Below, one piece after another: positions 47,561 through 56,557 of a stretch of 64,000 nt of DNA; position 1 is the first letter of the stretch, and every line of letters begins with the position of its first letter. The notes beneath the pieces were generated by a model. That model had not been told where the DNA came from. It saw nothing but the letters and a program-made list of their open reading frames with translations, and did no database searches. Both the position numbers and the translations under genes were made by a program. Source of the DNA: a virus. The DNA lies in the IMG/VR virus record IMGVR_UViG_3300024262_000026, positions 9,025-73,024 of that record; one strand, written 5' to 3'.

Positions 47561-48205
47561 ATGCTAACATACGAAAATTACATTAATTCAGAATTAGAAT
47601 ATGAAGATGGATTTCTAATAGATAAATACGGATCAGTAATAATGAGTATTTATGAAGAACCAATAATGAAAGTTGCGGCAGAAATTGTTGCTAACAAAGG
47701 TGGTGATATTTTAAATGTTGGTTTTGGATTAGGTATAATAGATCATTTCATACAATTAAAAAACCCTACATCTCACACAATTATCGAACCACACAAACAA
47801 TTATTCAAAGAAGCAATAGAAAATGGTTGGGATAAAAATGTTGAAATGTTAAATGAAAGTTGGTTAGAATCTGTTGATAGATTTATTAAAGAAGGTAAAA
47901 AATTTGACGGAATATATTTTGATCCTTTTCTGTATGAACAATATAACTCAACTCTAGATAAATTTTTAAAAAAATTAAAATATATCTTAAAAGAAGATGG
48001 AGTTTTCTCATATTTTATGAACCACAACAGTACCAGTAGTGTACAACAAAATGTCAATAATTTTGCTGGGGAAGATATCTATAATGTAAATTTGATCAAT
48101 TTAAATATTGAATATGATGATAGAAAACTCAAAAAAAGAAATGGATATACAATACAAAAAGAACACTATATTCCAGTAGTTAGATTCAAAAAAATCATAA
48201 AATAA
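47561..48205 (+). CDS. Rmt2/GAMT-like SAM-dependent methyltransferase
   Basis: VIMSIYEEPIM, GGDILNVGFGLGIID, HTIIEPH, FDGIYFD, GVFSYF; likely start MLTYENYINSE. Confidence 0.78.
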   Translation: MLTYENYINSELEYEDGFLIDKYGSVIMSIYEEPIMKVAAEIVANKGGDILNVGFGLGIIDHFIQLKNPTSHTIIEPHKQLFKEAIENGWDKNVEMLNESWLESVDRFIKEGKKFDGIYFDPFLYEQYNSTLDKFLKKLKYILKEDGVFSYFMNHNSTSSVQQNVNNFAGEDIYNVNLINLNIEYDDRKLKKRNGYTIQKEHYIPVVRFKKIIK

Positions 48206-48228
48206 TTTTTTTATAATGTTTTTATTTA

Positions 48229-48236
48229 TACTTTTG
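48229..48236 (+). promoter_or_regulatory. Bacteroidota-type -7 promoter element
   Basis: TACTTTTG upstream of 48266. Confidence 0.65.
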
Positions 48237-48265
48237 CGATAAGTATAACCATAAAATATAAAAAC

Positions 48266-48577
48266 ATGCCAGAATTTAAAGATAAAATTACATTTGAAAT
48301 GACAGGTTCACCCAAATTTCAAGGATGGTCATATAAACAAGATTTTGTTGATTTTATGACAAAACACGGATTCACACACACAACACTCACAAAAAATACC
48401 GACTTGCTGGTTACGGATGACGATTCATCAAATACAGGTAAAATGGGTAAAGCGAAAAAATATGGTATACCTATAGTAACTTATGCCGAACTAGCAAAGG
48501 ATAAAACTAAACTTTATACTAAATTGACAAGGAGAAACAGAATGGCACACATTATGAAACTAATGGGGGAACTGTAA
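48266..48577 (+). CDS. Stand-alone BRCT domain protein
   Basis: FEMTGS...LTKNTDLLVT...KMGKAKKYGIPIVTY. Confidence 0.8.
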   Translation: MPEFKDKITFEMTGSPKFQGWSYKQDFVDFMTKHGFTHTTLTKNTDLLVTDDDSSNTGKMGKAKKYGIPIVTYAELAKDKTKLYTKLTRRNRMAHIMKLMGEL

Positions 48578-48600
48578 ACTTATCTCAACTAAATATATAT

Positions 48601-48632
48601 AAAACTCCTATCTAAACAGATAGGAGTTTTTT
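48601..48632 (+). terminator. Intrinsic terminator
   Basis: AAAACTCCTATCT-loop-AGATAGGAGTTTTTT. Confidence 0.85.
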
Positions 48633-48667
48633 TATAAATAAGACTCAACAAATAAAATACATATAAT

Positions 48668-49666
48668 ATGGACCCAAATAAAAATTATTATAATATATTA
48701 GATGTAGATAAGAATTCTACTGATGCTGACATCAAAAAATCATATAGAAAAAAGGCAAACGAAACCCATCCCGATAAGCAAGGCGGGGATGATAAAAAAT
48801 TTAAAGAAATTAATGAAGCTTATCAAGTTTTAGGTGATAAACAAAAGAAAACTAGATATGATTCGCAAAGTCCTCACGGAAAAAATTTCACAGGAGGGGG
48901 ATTTGGTAATTTTGGGGGGTTTAGTTTCAATCACGATCCTTTTTCAGCATTTGAACAATTTTTTAGGGGAGGCTTTCAACACCAAACACAACGACAACAG
49001 CGGGAAGATTTCCAAGAAGATTTGGATATTGTCGCAAATATGAATGTTGATCTGAAAAGAATATATGAAAATAAACCCATCACAATTAAATATAAGAAAA
49101 GAGCAAAATGTTCAAGTTGTAAAGCCACAGGGTTTGATAGAAATAGTGAATCTTTTGGTTGTGAAGTTTGTGATGGTAAAGGTAAAGATCTTTATGGCTT
49201 TAGATGTGAATCTTGTTTAGGTGAAGGTAAAATATACTCTGGAACCTGTAAAGTGTGTAATGGTGAAAAAGTTATTCTTACTGAACAAGAAATTGTTTTA
49301 GAAAAAACATATACCATCAGAAACTCAACAAAGAACATTAATAGAGGTTTTGGACATCATTCGAAATATTATAGAGAAAAGGTCGGCTCATTGATAGTTA
49401 ATATCAATTTTGTTAAAGATGAAAACTATGAAATTAAGAATTATAACCTTCATCACACAAAAAATATTCACTTTCAAGACGCTATCGAAGGTAAAGAAAT
49501 AATATATACTCATGTGGATAAATCTCAAATAAAAATAAAACTACCTGAGAAAACTAATGAAGGCGAACTTATCAGATTAAAAGATAAAGGTTTACTCAAA
49601 GACGACAACACAAGAGGAGATCTATACATAAAGGTTAATATAACAATAGATTATGATAGACTTTGA
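48668..49666 (+). CDS. dnaJ: DnaJ-class chaperone
   Basis: J domain with HPD, G/F-rich region, four CxxCxGxG-like motifs, C-terminal domain. Confidence 0.9.
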   Translation: MDPNKNYYNILDVDKNSTDADIKKSYRKKANETHPDKQGGDDKKFKEINEAYQVLGDKQKKTRYDSQSPHGKNFTGGGFGNFGGFSFNHDPFSAFEQFFRGGFQHQTQRQQREDFQEDLDIVANMNVDLKRIYENKPITIKYKKRAKCSSCKATGFDRNSESFGCEVCDGKGKDLYGFRCESCLGEGKIYSGTCKVCNGEKVILTEQEIVLEKTYTIRNSTKNINRGFGHHSKYYREKVGSLIVNINFVKDENYEIKNYNLHHTKNIHFQDAIEGKEIIYTHVDKSQIKIKLPEKTNEGELIRLKDKGLLKDDNTRGDLYIKVNITIDYDRL

Positions 49667-49949
49667 AAATAATTTTTATTTTTACTCAGAAGAAAAATCA
49701 AAATTGAAATTTTATTCTGATGAATTTGAAAAATTGCTTTCTAGATGTGGAATAATATTAGAAAATATTGAATTAGATAAGGAAACTGGTGATATTTATT
49801 GTTATGTTGATGGTATCAATTATGATAAACTAAATTGTCAAAAATTTGATGAAATATTAAAAAATAATGTCCCATACATATTAGACATATTTCTGGAACA
49901 TGATTATTTTATATTAACATTTAATGTAAAAAATATTGAATTATCCTAA
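49653..49949 (+). CDS. Hypothetical protein
   Basis: 98-aa ORF overlapping the dnaJ end. Confidence 0.55.
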   Translation: MIDFENNFYFYSEEKSKLKFYSDEFEKLLSRCGIILENIELDKETGDIYCYVDGINYDKLNCQKFDEILKNNVPYILDIFLEHDYFILTFNVKNIELS

Positions 49950-50219
49950 TTCATCTAATTCGTCTCTAAGTTCCTTCAATTCAACATTAAAATTATCTAT
50001 CATATAGCCTAATATATTTTGTTGAAAAATTTCAGTTGTTAATTTGCCTTCCTTTAACTCTATCTCAACTTCTTGAGCCCCTATCTTTGGATCAATAAAA
50101 ACTGTTGAAACTTTAAAAGATTTACCATCTCTGATTCGTTCTAATTGTAAAATTGTATTTTCCAATTCGTTTATTCTTTCAAATAATGCTGCGGCTTGTT
50201 GAGCAATATCTATTCTCAT
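49941..50219 (-). CDS. Hypothetical coiled-coil protein
   Basis: 92-aa ORF; TAATATATAA (-) at 50236-50245. Confidence 0.65.
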   Translation of the reverse strand: MRIDIAQQAAALFERINELENTILQLERIRDGKSFKVSTVFIDPKIGAQEVEIELKEGKLTTEIFQQNILGYMIDNFNVELKELRDELDELG

Positions 50220-50267
50220 TATAATTCTTTTTTCTTTATATATTAATAGAATGTTGCTTCCTTGATT

Positions 50268-50846
50268 TTACTCGTTTCTCTTCTTAATACCTTCAGCCTT
50301 TTTAATCAATTCACGGACTTCAGCACTCGCCAATTTCTCCCAAGTCGATTTCAATATTTTCAATTTAGGTTCTTCCCAAACACAAGTTTGTTTTTGACTT
50401 TTAATTGATTTGATAACTTCCGTAGGTTTTTCATCAAATTCCCAAACAAGATAGTAATCACTTTCAACATCAAATTTAACTTTATCAGATTTGGTTAACT
50501 TAATATTAAATTTCATAATATATTTAGAAACTGTATCAGAAACTTTCTCTTCATTCTTTTTACTAAACTTTAGTCCAACTTTATATGCTCTTTTCTTTAA
50601 AACATTCTCTGAATAATCCATTGCCAAAACTTCATTATAATCAAGTTTATAATCTTTATCAGAAACTTCAAATATTACAGCACTTGGTAATCCATCTTTA
50701 TATTCAAAATGTAAATTTCTTGTTTTATCAAACATCTCAGATGCAATTTTTTTAGCATCTCTTTCAATTTCATTCTTTGCTTTATTAGCACCTTCTGGTT
50801 CTTTCTTTTCATTTAAAAATTGAGTAAATTTATATAACTTTTTCAT
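50268..50846 (-). CDS. Hypothetical protein with CTS-like N-terminus
   Basis: Starts MKKLYKFTQFLNE. Confidence 0.7.
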   Translation of the reverse strand: MKKLYKFTQFLNEKKEPEGANKAKNEIERDAKKIASEMFDKTRNLHFEYKDGLPSAVIFEVSDKDYKLDYNEVLAMDYSENVLKKRAYKVGLKFSKKNEEKVSDTVSKYIMKFNIKLTKSDKVKFDVESDYYLVWEFDEKPTEVIKSIKSQKQTCVWEEPKLKILKSTWEKLASAEVRELIKKAEGIKKRNE

Positions 50847-50862
50847 AATTTATTTTTATTTT

Positions 50863-52026
50863 TTAAACCTTATAAACCTTTGATTTATAAGGTTTAATTA
50901 TATCTTGGTTTTTATCTGGATAAGGTATTACAGATAATATATATCTAATACCATTTAACTGTCCTAATTTTTTATCATTCATATCAACAACCACCCAAGG
51001 TGCAATATCCGTTGATGTTTTAGCAAACATTTGTTCTTTATAAAATGTAAATCTATCATATCTATCAACAGCCTTAGCATCGCTTGGACTAAACTTCCAC
51101 CATTTTATTGGACTCGCTTGCCTTAAAGCAAATCTATATTCTTGTGTTTCTTTTTCAATTGAAAACCAAAATTTTATAAGAGTAACACCACCATCAATTA
51201 TTTTTTCTTCAAATGGTACAACATCTTCAATAAATTTCTTATACTGATCCTCTGTACAAAATCCATTAACAGGGTCATTAACTGCTCTGTTATAATAACT
51301 TCTATCAAAAAATGTTAAATGTCCTTTAGGCGGCAAAACATCCTCATATCTATCAAACCAATGTTGTTGATCATATTGTGTTGGAATACCAAACCATTCA
51401 TGATCAACAATTTTCTCATTTGTAAAACCTTCAATTAATTTTATAAAAGAACCTTTACCAGCGGAATCTCTACCGTCACAAGTTACTAATACTCTCATAC
51501 CAGAATCTTTAATGTATTCTGTCATTTTAACCAACTCAATTGAAAGAGCATCCAGTTCACTTTTAAAAATTTCTTTAGAAATTTTTCTTTGAGTTTTTGT
51601 TTTTTTCTTTAGTTCTTTTACCTTTTTAAATTTATCTTTAACATCCGATTTTGAGAAATCTTGATCTATCTTATCAAATATTCTTGGTAAATCAGATATA
51701 TAACCTTTAAAATATTTGATAGCAGAGTCTTTACCATCTATTTTATTCTTTATTGTTAATGCTTTAAAAAATGAATCTAACTCCAATAATCTATATAAGT
51801 TGTCTCCAAATTTACGGTGGGCATCATTTTTAATTTTAATTGGATCTGAATTTTTCTCAAAATCACTAAAAAATTTATCAATAGTATTAACTATTTGTTC
51901 ATCATCTAAATCACTATTAGCACTATCATAATTAACTGAGAATTCTGGATACGATGATGTTGATGTATAATAAGATGGTTTATCTATCTTATACTCTAAA
52001 AATGGTTGAAATTTCTTAATACTCAC
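50863..52026 (-). CDS. ppk2: Polyphosphate kinase 2 with N-terminal extension and CTS-like leader
   Basis: DGRDSAGKG, FFDRSYYNRA, KFWFSI, WKFSPSD, APWVVV; starts MSIKKFQPFLE. Confidence 0.9.
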   Translation of the reverse strand: MSIKKFQPFLEYKIDKPSYYTSTSSYPEFSVNYDSANSDLDDEQIVNTIDKFFSDFEKNSDPIKIKNDAHRKFGDNLYRLLELDSFFKALTIKNKIDGKDSAIKYFKGYISDLPRIFDKIDQDFSKSDVKDKFKKVKELKKKTKTQRKISKEIFKSELDALSIELVKMTEYIKDSGMRVLVTCDGRDSAGKGSFIKLIEGFTNEKIVDHEWFGIPTQYDQQHWFDRYEDVLPPKGHLTFFDRSYYNRAVNDPVNGFCTEDQYKKFIEDVVPFEEKIIDGGVTLIKFWFSIEKETQEYRFALRQASPIKWWKFSPSDAKAVDRYDRFTFYKEQMFAKTSTDIAPWVVVDMNDKKLGQLNGIRYILSVIPYPDKNQDIIKPYKSKVYKV

Positions 52027-52044
52027 TTCAAAAAACTTTTTTTA

Positions 52045-52054
52045 TTATATATAA
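52045..52054. promoter_or_regulatory. Palindromic putative late promoter between divergent ppk2 and rpsU
   Basis: TTATATATAA; a second copy CAATATATAA at 52087-52096. Confidence 0.45.
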
Positions 52055-52102
52055 AAAATGAAAATTAAAAAACAAACCAGAAAAAACAATATATAACCAA
52101 CT

Positions 52103-52297
52103 ATGTTAATAATAAAAGTAAAAAAAGGTGAAAATATAGACATTGCGTTAAAACGATATAAATTTAAATATCGTAAAACGAAAGTATCTGAACAACTCAG
52201 AGAAAGAATGGAATATACAAAACCATCCGTTAAAAAACGAGCACAGAAGCAAAAAGCCAAATATCTTAATAAGAAAGAACAAGATGAAAATAAATAA
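52103..52297 (+). CDS. rpsU: 30S ribosomal protein bS21 (Bacteroidota-type)
   Basis: MLIIKVKKGENIDIALKRYK...LRERMEYTKPSVKKR..QKAKY. Confidence 0.92.
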   Translation: MLIIKVKKGENIDIALKRYKFKYRKTKVSEQLRERMEYTKPSVKKRAQKQKAKYLNKKEQDENK

Positions 52298-52322
52298 AAA
52301 AGAGAATCAAGTTGATTCTCTT
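52296..52322. terminator. Intrinsic terminator
   Basis: AAGAGAATCAA-G-TTGATTCTCTT hairpin after rpsU. Confidence 0.65.
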
Positions 52323-52341
52323 AATTTTATTGTCAAGTTAG

Positions 52342-52716
52342 TTAAAAATTGATAGGTTTTGATTCATCATTAATTATCAATGAACATTTGTTATCTTTCA
52401 GATATTTTTCAGCTATTTTTATTCTCTCCATTTCATCCTTAGCAGAATCTAATAGTTCTCTTTTTTCCTCAGGTAGTTCAGGAATAATATCACGAAGTTC
52501 CATCAATGTTTCATTAAAAGGACTCATAGGAGTCACAATAGACATATCTTCCAATATTGTAAATTGCCAAGGTGACATACCAGAATATACAACTATTTTT
52601 GGTATAGAATCTAATTTATAATGTGGAAAATACTCTTTGGACATTTTATGATTATCATAATGAGAATATTTCACATTCATTATTTCACATATCTTTTTTA
52701 CAATTGCTTCTTCCAT
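52342..52716 (-). CDS. Hypothetical protein
   Basis: 124-aa ORF. Confidence 0.65.
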   Translation of the reverse strand: MEEAIVKKICEIMNVKYSHYDNHKMSKEYFPHYKLDSIPKIVVYSGMSPWQFTILEDMSIVTPMSPFNETLMELRDIIPELPEEKRELLDSAKDEMERIKIAEKYLKDNKCSLIINDESKPINF

Positions 52717-52957
52717 AAATTGAATTTCGCTTTAAAATGTCTATTAATAACTTAACTTCTTCAGCATTTGAAAAGAAAAAATCAGTTTCATTAAATAATT
52801 CAACACCAAAATCTTCACCATCATCATTAGTTGTTGATATTAAACAAAACCCATTTAAAAATTCATAAGTAAAGTAATAAAAGTCAGTATCACCACTTTC
52901 TTCTGCGGTTACTATCTCTTTAGTAAATCCTAATTTTTCTAATTCTTTTTCTTTCAT
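52685..52957 (-). CDS. Hypothetical protein
   Basis: MKEKELEKLGF...FYYFTY; 90 aa. Confidence 0.65.
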   Translation of the reverse strand: MKEKELEKLGFTKEIVTAEESGDTDFYYFTYEFLNGFCLISTTNDDGEDFGVELFNETDFFFSNAEEVKLLIDILKRNSIYGRSNCKKDM

Positions 52958-52970
52958 AATTTATAATTTG

Positions 52971-53213
52971 TTACAGTTTTTTAAATTCATTAATAAATAA
53001 TATTTCATCTGGTGTAAAAACAAAATCCAATTTCTTATCTAAACTCTTAAACACAAATTCTTGATATGTCTTATTGTTTTTGTTATTTTTAAACCTAGAA
53101 TGTAATTTGACAGGAGTGTTCATATAACCATACCAAGCACCTGTAATGTAATATATTACATTCTTCTCACAATCTTTTGCTGCAATTTCATTATCACACA
53201 AATCTTCTTTCAT
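52971..53213 (-). CDS. Hypothetical protein
   Basis: 80-aa ORF. Confidence 0.6.
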   Translation of the reverse strand: MKEDLCDNEIAAKDCEKNVIYYITGAWYGYMNTPVKLHSRFKNNKNNKTYQEFVFKSLDKKLDFVFTPDEILFINEFKKL

Positions 53214-53253
53214 TTTATATTCAATTTTTCATATAAATAAATGAAAGGTAATT

Positions 53254-54675
53254 TTACTTACCTCTCATTTTTCTCATTTGTTTACGATTTTTAGTTTCAT
53301 CCTTTTCAGATTTGGCTTTTAACCTTTTTTCTTTCCAAGTCATAGATTCACCTTTATCTTTCAAATTTAAGATAGGTTTAACTCTATCTAAAATTTTAGC
53401 GGTTGGAGCAATTGCAGCCTCAATAAAAGCACTCTTCTTGTAGGATTGTGGGGATTCATCCAAAGTTGCTTTACACACACTTGTAGATACTACATCCTTC
53501 ATTCTAAACTGGAAATCTTTCAAGTCAACTTTCCTAGACGCTTCACCTCTTGACATAATCCTACCCGCCCCGTGACAAGCTGAATTGTTCCAATCAGGAT
53601 TAGATTTACCTTCACAAATTAACATACCATCAGCCATATTTAATGGAATAACCATTCTTTCACCAATATATGAAGAAATAGCACCCTTGCGAATAATCAT
53701 ATCTTCGAAGTTGATGAAATTGTGAATTGAGTGAATAGTATCTAAAATTTTAATATTCAATTTGTTGACAACAAGTTCTATCATTCTTGTTCTATTAAAA
53801 TCTGCATATTTCTGTGCAAAAATCATATCCATAAAATAGTTGATAGCGTCCTGTCCTTCCAAAAATTCCATACCATTGATATTAAAATCAAAATCTAAAC
53901 CTAAATCCTGTTTTGCTTTTTTAATTTCGTTAGGTATGTCTCTTCCTGGAAACTGTTCTTTAATTTCCCTAATCTTATCAGTTAAAACGACTTTTCTTTT
54001 GTTATCTAATATGCTTTTCGCATTATTTTGGTGATACTCACAAATCATTTTTCCGAAATTTCTTGAACCTGAGTGAACAGTAATCCAAATATCGCCAGTA
54101 TTTTCTGACACACCTACTTCCCAATAGTGATTGCCGCCTCCCAGAGTACCAACAGCCAATTCTGCATCTTGCTTCATGCCAATTTCTTTTTGTTTCTTCA
54201 AAAACCAATCATATGAATATCTCACATAATCAAAGTTTGTGTTAAACTTCTTATTATATTTCATAATAAAATTACGAGCAGATTCTGTTGCTTCATCAAA
54301 TTTGAAATTCTTCTCAAAATATTTTGATGGAATTGAACTTCTTTGGTGTATTTTATTTCCCATAGGAACAACATCCCTAATATATTCATCAATTTTCAAC
54401 AATTTATCTTTATTTAAAGAAACTTGATTACCTACATTAGCAGACAAAACTCCACAACCAATATCTACAGAAATACTGTTGGGTAAAACTTTTTCTCCCA
54501 AAGGCATTGAGAATCCGACTGGTGCAGATTTTCCTGCATGACAATCGGGCATCATAACAATTTTACCATCAAAAGCCACATGGTTAGTCATAGCGTAAAC
54601 TTGCTGTAAACATGCTTCTTCAATATCATCAATCGTTATTAACGCATCTGTGTATTTTCCTTTAATTTTTAACAT
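53254..54675 (-). CDS. rtcB: RtcB RNA 3'-phosphate/5'-OH ligase
   Basis: MPDCHAG, VDIGCG, GTLGGGNHY, HSGSR, HN, RKGA, HGAGR, DESPQSYK. Confidence 0.93.
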   Translation of the reverse strand: MLKIKGKYTDALITIDDIEEACLQQVYAMTNHVAFDGKIVMMPDCHAGKSAPVGFSMPLGEKVLPNSISVDIGCGVLSANVGNQVSLNKDKLLKIDEYIRDVVPMGNKIHQRSSIPSKYFEKNFKFDEATESARNFIMKYNKKFNTNFDYVRYSYDWFLKKQKEIGMKQDAELAVGTLGGGNHYWEVGVSENTGDIWITVHSGSRNFGKMICEYHQNNAKSILDNKRKVVLTDKIREIKEQFPGRDIPNEIKKAKQDLGLDFDFNINGMEFLEGQDAINYFMDMIFAQKYADFNRTRMIELVVNKLNIKILDTIHSIHNFINFEDMIIRKGAISSYIGERMVIPLNMADGMLICEGKSNPDWNNSACHGAGRIMSRGEASRKVDLKDFQFRMKDVVSTSVCKATLDESPQSYKKSAFIEAAIAPTAKILDRVKPILNLKDKGESMTWKEKRLKAKSEKDETKNRKQMRKMRGK

Positions 54676-54691
54676 AATTTCTAATTTTTTA

Positions 54692-54699
54692 CAAAGATA
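54692..54699 (-). promoter_or_regulatory. Bacteroidota-type -7 promoter element for rtcB
   Basis: Reverse complement TATCTTTG 16 nt upstream of the start. Confidence 0.65.
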
Positions 54700-54708
54700 T
54701 AAAAATAT

Positions 54709-55488
54709 TTAATATAAAAAATATATTTTCTTTAATTTCCAACCTTTTTTAACTTTATTATATCTATATCCATTTATTACTTCACAATTTTCAAATTGTT
54801 GATAATTTAAATCATAATTTTTTAATTCTCTTTTAATACCACCTTCAATTATATATTTTTCTCCAATAGGAGATATCAATTCCCATAAACAACCATTTGG
54901 ATTTTTTAATCCCATTTTACTTTCTGATATTTTCTTTCTAACTTCTACTCTTCGTGATGGACTATTATATCCTGTTAAATGTTTATGATTTTCTTTTTGT
55001 CTGTTTGATGCTTGAGTTTTCTGTTCTTCAGTCCAACTATTACCATAATTAGCATTTAATTCACCTTTGCGACTTTTACCAATTGTTTTTCTTATTTTTT
55101 CAATAGAATCTTTCTTATGTCGTTTACCATAAAATGGAGTTTCATCACCACCATTTGTATGGTTAGACAAAGTTCCTAATTTTAAATCTCTTCTTCCTAT
55201 TAATTTTATTAAATATTTTTCCAACCTTTTTGCTGATTGTATTGTTATGTTTTCATATAACTTATACCTGATAGGGTCTTTGCAATTTTTCAAAATCTTT
55301 AAAATGATATTAACTTTCATTTTATTAAATTTGCCATATTTACCTTTTGATTCATAAATATGATCATTTATTCTATTACCTTTACCTATACCAATATAAA
55401 ATGGCTCATGTTCGAAATTGAATTTACCATACTGATAATTACCACTTTTAAGAGTATTTAAATAAACATAAACATAATGTTCTCTCAC
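54709..55488 (-). CDS. GIY-YIG-like endonuclease with NUMOD3-like DNA-binding repeats
   Basis: YVYVYL...PFYIGIGKGNRI..H...E...N.T.GG; FYGKRH, NANYG, KISESKMG. Confidence 0.8.
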   Translation of the reverse strand: MREHYVYVYLNTLKSGNYQYGKFNFEHEPFYIGIGKGNRINDHIYESKGKYGKFNKMKVNIILKILKNCKDPIRYKLYENITIQSAKRLEKYLIKLIGRRDLKLGTLSNHTNGGDETPFYGKRHKKDSIEKIRKTIGKSRKGELNANYGNSWTEEQKTQASNRQKENHKHLTGYNSPSRRVEVRKKISESKMGLKNPNGCLWELISPIGEKYIIEGGIKRELKNYDLNYQQFENCEVINGYRYNKVKKGWKLKKIYFLY

Positions 55489-55649
55489 AATATATAAAGT
55501 TCTTTTTTGAATTTACCTTTTTCTTTAAGATCCTGATAAATTAACCATTCAATATATTTTGAACGGTTTTCAATATTTTCCTTTAAATATTCATACAAAT
55601 CCTTATTAATTGCTATTGAAACTGCTTCTTTTGTTTTAATTTTTTTCAT
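55485..55649 (-). CDS. Ribbon-helix-helix-like protein (54 aa, not in ORF track)
   Basis: MKKIKTKEAVSIAINKDLYEYLKENIENRSKYIEWLIYQDL...; TGA overlaps the endonuclease GTG. Confidence 0.7.
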   Translation of the reverse strand: MKKIKTKEAVSIAINKDLYEYLKENIENRSKYIEWLIYQDLKEKGKFKKELYIL

Positions 55650-55739
55650 TATTAAATTGTTATTTTATTACTATATATAAATATTTTAAACTCAAAAAGT
55701 AAAAAATGATATAAAAAGTACAAAAAAAATTAAAAAAAT

Positions 55740-55913
55740 ATGGCAAGACCTAAAAAAGAAGAGAAAGATAAGAAAAGAACAATGTCTATCACAATCAACA
55801 AAGAACTGAATGAAACTTTGGAAAAGTTTACAGAAGAGAATGAATTATCAAAATCTGAATATATTGAATATTTAATTAAAAAGGATAAAAATAAAAAAAC
55901 CTCTCAAAATTAA
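55740..55913 (+). CDS. Ribbon-helix-helix (CopG-like) protein (57 aa, not in ORF track)
   Basis: MARPKKEEKDKKRTMSITINKELNETLEKFTEENELSKSEYIEYLIKKD. Confidence 0.75.
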   Translation: MARPKKEEKDKKRTMSITINKELNETLEKFTEENELSKSEYIEYLIKKDKNKKTSQN

Positions 55914-55928
55914 TTGAGAGGTTTTTTT
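55893..55928. terminator. Bidirectional intrinsic terminator
   Basis: AAAAAAACCTCTCAA-loop-TTGAGAGGTTTTTTT. Confidence 0.8.
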
Positions 55929-55937
55929 AATCTTAAT

Positions 55938-56091
55938 TTACTTTTCTATTTCTTTTTGTACTTCTGAATCAAAATCCAAAACTTGTTTACTCATTAACCA
56001 ATGATATACATTTTGATTACCTATTGTGACAACATACGCCTGCTCAAAATTCCAGCCTTTTTTACCCATATAATTCAGCAATTTTTTTCAT
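55938..56091 (-). pseudogene. Internally deleted, frameshifted gene remnant
   Basis: ATG (MKKI) stops after 9 codons; +1 frame reads LLNYMGKKGWNFEQAYVVTIGNQNVYHWLMSK; TATCTTTG promoter at 56134-56141 (-). Confidence 0.55.
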
Positions 56092-56295
56092 TTTTTCGAT
56101 TTTTTTAGTTATTATTATATTTTTTAATTTGTACAAAGATACAAAAAATTTTAATATAAAAAATTATTTTTCAATCTAATTAATCTCATTTCTATACTTT
56201 TTTCAGTTCTATTCAATTTTATCACAGAATCATAAATTTAGAAATTTATTTTTTATTTTTATATATAGAATACAAAATTAAAATAAATAATTAAT

Positions 56296-56541
56296 ATGAT
56301 ACACTCTTTAGAACAATTAATAGAAAAAATTGAGGCTAAAATACATAAAGATAAGGAAGCACAATTAGAGAATGAAAGAGAAATAATTGAAAGATATGAA
56401 ACATATAGGCAACATATTTTACAAGAAAGAAAAATGTATGAAAGATTGTACGTTACTTCTGTCGGTGGTAGTAAAGGATCTATTAACAATACTATAAATA
56501 GTTATGTTGATGATGATTATGTTGAAAATTATTTTGAATAA
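56296..56541 (+). CDS. Hypothetical protein heading the fibre operon
   Basis: 81 aa; TTATATATAG at 56259-56268. Confidence 0.65.
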   Translation: MIHSLEQLIEKIEAKIHKDKEAQLENEREIIERYETYRQHILQERKMYERLYVTSVGGSKGSINNTINSYVDDDYVENYFE

Positions 56542-56557
56542 AAATTAAAAAGATAAT

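Noticed and set aside
48266-48577. BRCT protein end RRNRMAHI as another RxxKLxxI tag
   Set aside because: K and L positions are replaced (R, M); too divergent to count
55485-55913. Type II toxin-antitoxin pair
   Set aside because: Both small genes look RHH-like and are divergent; no adjacent toxin domain recognised
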